From the NCBI RefSeq assembly GCF_006345805.1, contig NW_021835697.1, positions 1-39,222 on the forward strand: a stretch of 39,222 nt of DNA, read 5' to 3'. Shown here piece after piece: positions 36,035 through 39,222 of this stretch. The translations under genes and the position numbers were made by a program. A model generated the notes under the pieces. The model had not been told where the DNA came from. It worked only from the letters and a program-made list of their open reading frames with translations, and ran no database searches. The stretch is from Octopus sinensis. Taxonomy: Eukaryota. Numbering within the stretch: position 1 is the stretch's first letter; each line of letters begins with the position of its first letter.

Positions 36035-38455
36035 GACTTCCGTCTGTTTCGACGTATCAGCAGGCTCCGACAACGTACTCTTTCTTTGTCAATCATAATG
36101 CTTATGTCAAATTTAACATTTAAGTCCCGCCAATGATTTTGGAAAGAAGCCACAGACGTTGCAGGTACGAAGATTAGGTCAGTGCAGGTATATAATATAC
36201 ATTTTCGGCCACTTTTCTCATTTCCCTTGCTCCCCGAACCTGGTAATGCTGGTTGTTCGTTCCAAGGCTGTTCAATGATGTTGTGAGCTACCTCCATTTC
36301 TAAAAGGTTCCTCTTCAGCTTGCCCTTATATCTGAGCCATGGTCGACCAAAATTCCTGTGCCCACTTTCAAGCTGGCTGTACATGAGGGCTTTGGGTATT
36401 CGTTACTCATTCTGACGACATGACCAGACTAGCGCAATCGTGATTGTATAAGGAAGCTCTCAATTCCACCAATCTTAGACTTGCTAAACAAGACGGCATT
36501 AGAAACTTTTTCTTTTAGTGAATAACTGCAGATTGTCCTCAGTGGACGATGTCTAGTTGGTTAATGTGTCGTCAATAGGGTATCTATGATTCTGAGCCAT
36601 ACAAGAGAGTAGTAAGAATGGCAGCTTTATAGACCTGTACTTTGGTGTCAAGTTTGATGCCCCTTTCATTCCATAGGCGACGACAGAATTTGCCAAATGT
36701 GTTGGTTGCCTATGCAAGGCGGTTGACGATTTCATCATCAAGGGAACGCCCGAATTCACTTTACTATTAAGATATGTAAATGACTTCTATTAATCTAGGT
36801 TTTTCCCATCAACCTGTATTGGAATTCCAGGAAACCTGTGAACCGATGACCTCTGCTTGATACCTCGAATTTGTTTAGGAGTAGGGCAAGGTTGGTGGAT
36901 TACTGCCGTCTTCTTTATTCTGGTGGTCAAACCAAAGGATGTATATACATCAGAAAACCGGTCTAGAAGTTCCCGAGATTCCTCTAAGGAAGTCGCTACT
37001 ATTGCAGCATCATCTGCAAAAAAGTAGATCACGAATGATACTGGCGCGTAGCAGTGTTCTGGCTTTGAATCGCTGATGACTAAATAGTCCACCACTTGTT
37101 CAAAACTGGAATTTGATACCATTTTGTATATCAGCATCACTGAAAAGTGCAAACAACCTTGGACAGATATCATTTACGTGTTTGATAATCCTGTGAAGAA
37201 TAAGTCGAGCAAGAATCTTACCAGCAATAGACAGAAGCGATATTCTACAATGGTTATCACAGACAATTCTGTTTCCTTTGTTCTTATAAAAATGTTGAAT
37301 TGAGGCATCTTGAAGTCCTGTGAAACACAACCTCCCATTCAAATGTTTATGAAGGGGTCATGCAGTATCTTAAATAGCTTCTGTCCACCATATTTGTAGA
37401 TTTTAGGAGAGATAGCATCCCTGCCAGGTGCTTTTCGAGGTGAGGTCTGATTAATAGTTTACCACTTCCAGGAAGGTTGGTTCCACAGTGCTGTGAAATA
37501 GACATTATGTCATCATCATTAGTGACTGAGGCGGAATTCGAAGTGATCTTTCCATCGTTTCAGGATGTCAGATTCATCAGTCAACAGTGTCTCTCTATTC
37601 GATGAAAAAATAGGAGTAACACAATGCTCTTGAGGACGATAGACTTTCTTAAAGCCATCATTAAAAAGCTTTAGAATCCATTCTCTATGCAGCTTCTTGG
37701 AGTTCTGTAGCCCTGGAAGACCACCAAGTCCTCTTCACATGTCTCAGAGCACGTTGGACCTGTCCTCTGCATTTCTTGTCGGCATTCTCTTTTCTGGATG
37801 AGCTCTTATCATTTGTCCATGGTTTGTGAGAGCTGTTCATTTAATCTATTAATTGTTGGACATCTGTGTTGTTATCGCTGAACCAATTTTGATGTTTACG
37901 AACAGGAAGTCCAAGAATCTCTAGAGATGCGGAGTGCGTTGCATCATGCAGAGCCTTCCAAGATGATTCTATCTCATCATTGATACCAACAGTGTAAAGT
38001 GCAGTGTCCAACATGATAGAGAGCTCTGCCTGCTTTTCAACACTTTTCAAAGGCAAAAAGTTAATGCGCTTAAGTACTGATGATTTTCGTAGTCTTCACT
38101 GTTTCAGATGGAACGTAGCCTTACTACAGAGAAGAAACTGGTCAGAGAGATAGCAGATGGTATGAAAGGAACACGTGTAATGTCAAAGTCCCTAATATCT
38201 CGTTTCTTGGTAATAACATAGTCTATGAGACGCCAATCCTTAGATCTAAGATGTATCCAGGTCGCCTTGCAAAAGTTTTGCTGTTCAAGAAAGGTATTTG
38301 TGATGCTTAAACTGAATTCCCTGCGGAAGGAAAGCACAGGCAGACCACAGGAGTTCATTCGACCAACACTATGGCAACCAAGTATTCTCCCATGCCTGAT
38401 TGCCAGTACCAACACTAGCGTTAAAGTTGCCCACAAGGATAAATTTATCCCAATA
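36035..38455 (-). mobile_element. RTE-BovB-like LINE, 5'-truncated and decayed
   Basis: APE: [32 protein letters not shown]; RT: RISLLSIAGKILARLIL..FFADDAAIVA..FGLT; C-terminus: GHVVRMS..IPKALMYSQL..GRPWLRYK. Confidence 0.92.
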
Positions 38456-38459
38456 TATA

Positions 38460-38466
38460 CATACAT

Positions 38467-38547
<81 letters not shown>

Positions 38548-39110
38548 TGTGTGTGTGTGTGTGTCTGTGTGTGTGTGTGTCTGTGTGTCTGTGTGTGTGT
38601 CTGTGTGTGTGCCTGTCTGTGTGTCTGTCTGCGTGTGTCTGTGTGTGTCTGTGTGTGTCTGTGTGTGTCTATGAGTGTCTGTGTCTGTGTATATACATAT
38701 ACATACGGATACACGTATATGTATATGTATGTATTTACATATAGATATTACATATGCACATCAATGTATATATGTGTGTATACATACATATGTATATATG
38801 TACATGTATACACATATATATATACATATATATACATATATAAATACATATATATATACACATATATATACATATATATACATATAAATATACATATATG
38901 TACATATATATACATATATATATACACATATATATACATAAAACACATAAACATATATATACACATATACATATATATATGTATAAATTTATATATATAT
39001 GCATATATATATAGACATATATACATATATATATACAACTATACACATATATACATACACATATATATACATATATACATACTTATACATATATGCCTAC
39101 ATATACATAT
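38460..39110. repeat. (TA)/(TG)/(TGTC)/(TACA) compound array
   Basis: Directly visible. Confidence 0.96.
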
Positions 39111-39222
39111 ACCGAAACGCGGAGTAGATGAAACAGGGACAACTGATGAAGGAGAATATTCTTTATGTTGCATGTTGTTCGAAAGATTGAGGGGGAAATC
39201 GGAAAAGAATGAATTTAATGAG

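Noticed and set aside
39112-39175. CCGAAACG...CTGATGAAGG, suggesting a permuted hammerhead
   Set aside because: Helices I and III do not pair, and the feature is close to the window edge.

Overview
This is a eukaryotic, AT-rich, microsatellite-dense window. The SINE families and (TA)n/(ATT)n/(GATA)n load resemble an Octopus (coleoid cephalopod) genome; that assignment is pattern recognition, not a database hit. I find no intact host protein-coding gene. Most ORF-track entries are microsatellite artefacts or pieces of decayed transposons. The window is a nested pile of mobile elements: a Penelope-like element (PLE) with inverted pseudo-LTRs, CR1, R4/Dong, Tx1/L1 and three RTE LINE families, hAT and mariner DNA transposons, two tRNA-derived SINE families, and an unclassified ~550-bp (TAA)n-associated repeat. 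There is also a solitary 5S rRNA copy abutting a SINE. The best leads are four. (1) A complete minimal hammerhead ribozyme (4315-4360) lies downstream of a tRNA-like Pol III promoter inside the PLE terminal repeat. (2) A perfect 88-bp-arm inverted repeat (35471-35654) has a hammerhead-like fold in each arm. (3) SINE-into-SINE junctions recur at an identical breakpoint. (4) A (TAA)n-seeded insertion stack includes a probable non-autonomous Dong/R4 partner. All translations and alignments were done by eye, so boundaries are approximate unless a TSD or TIR is quoted.
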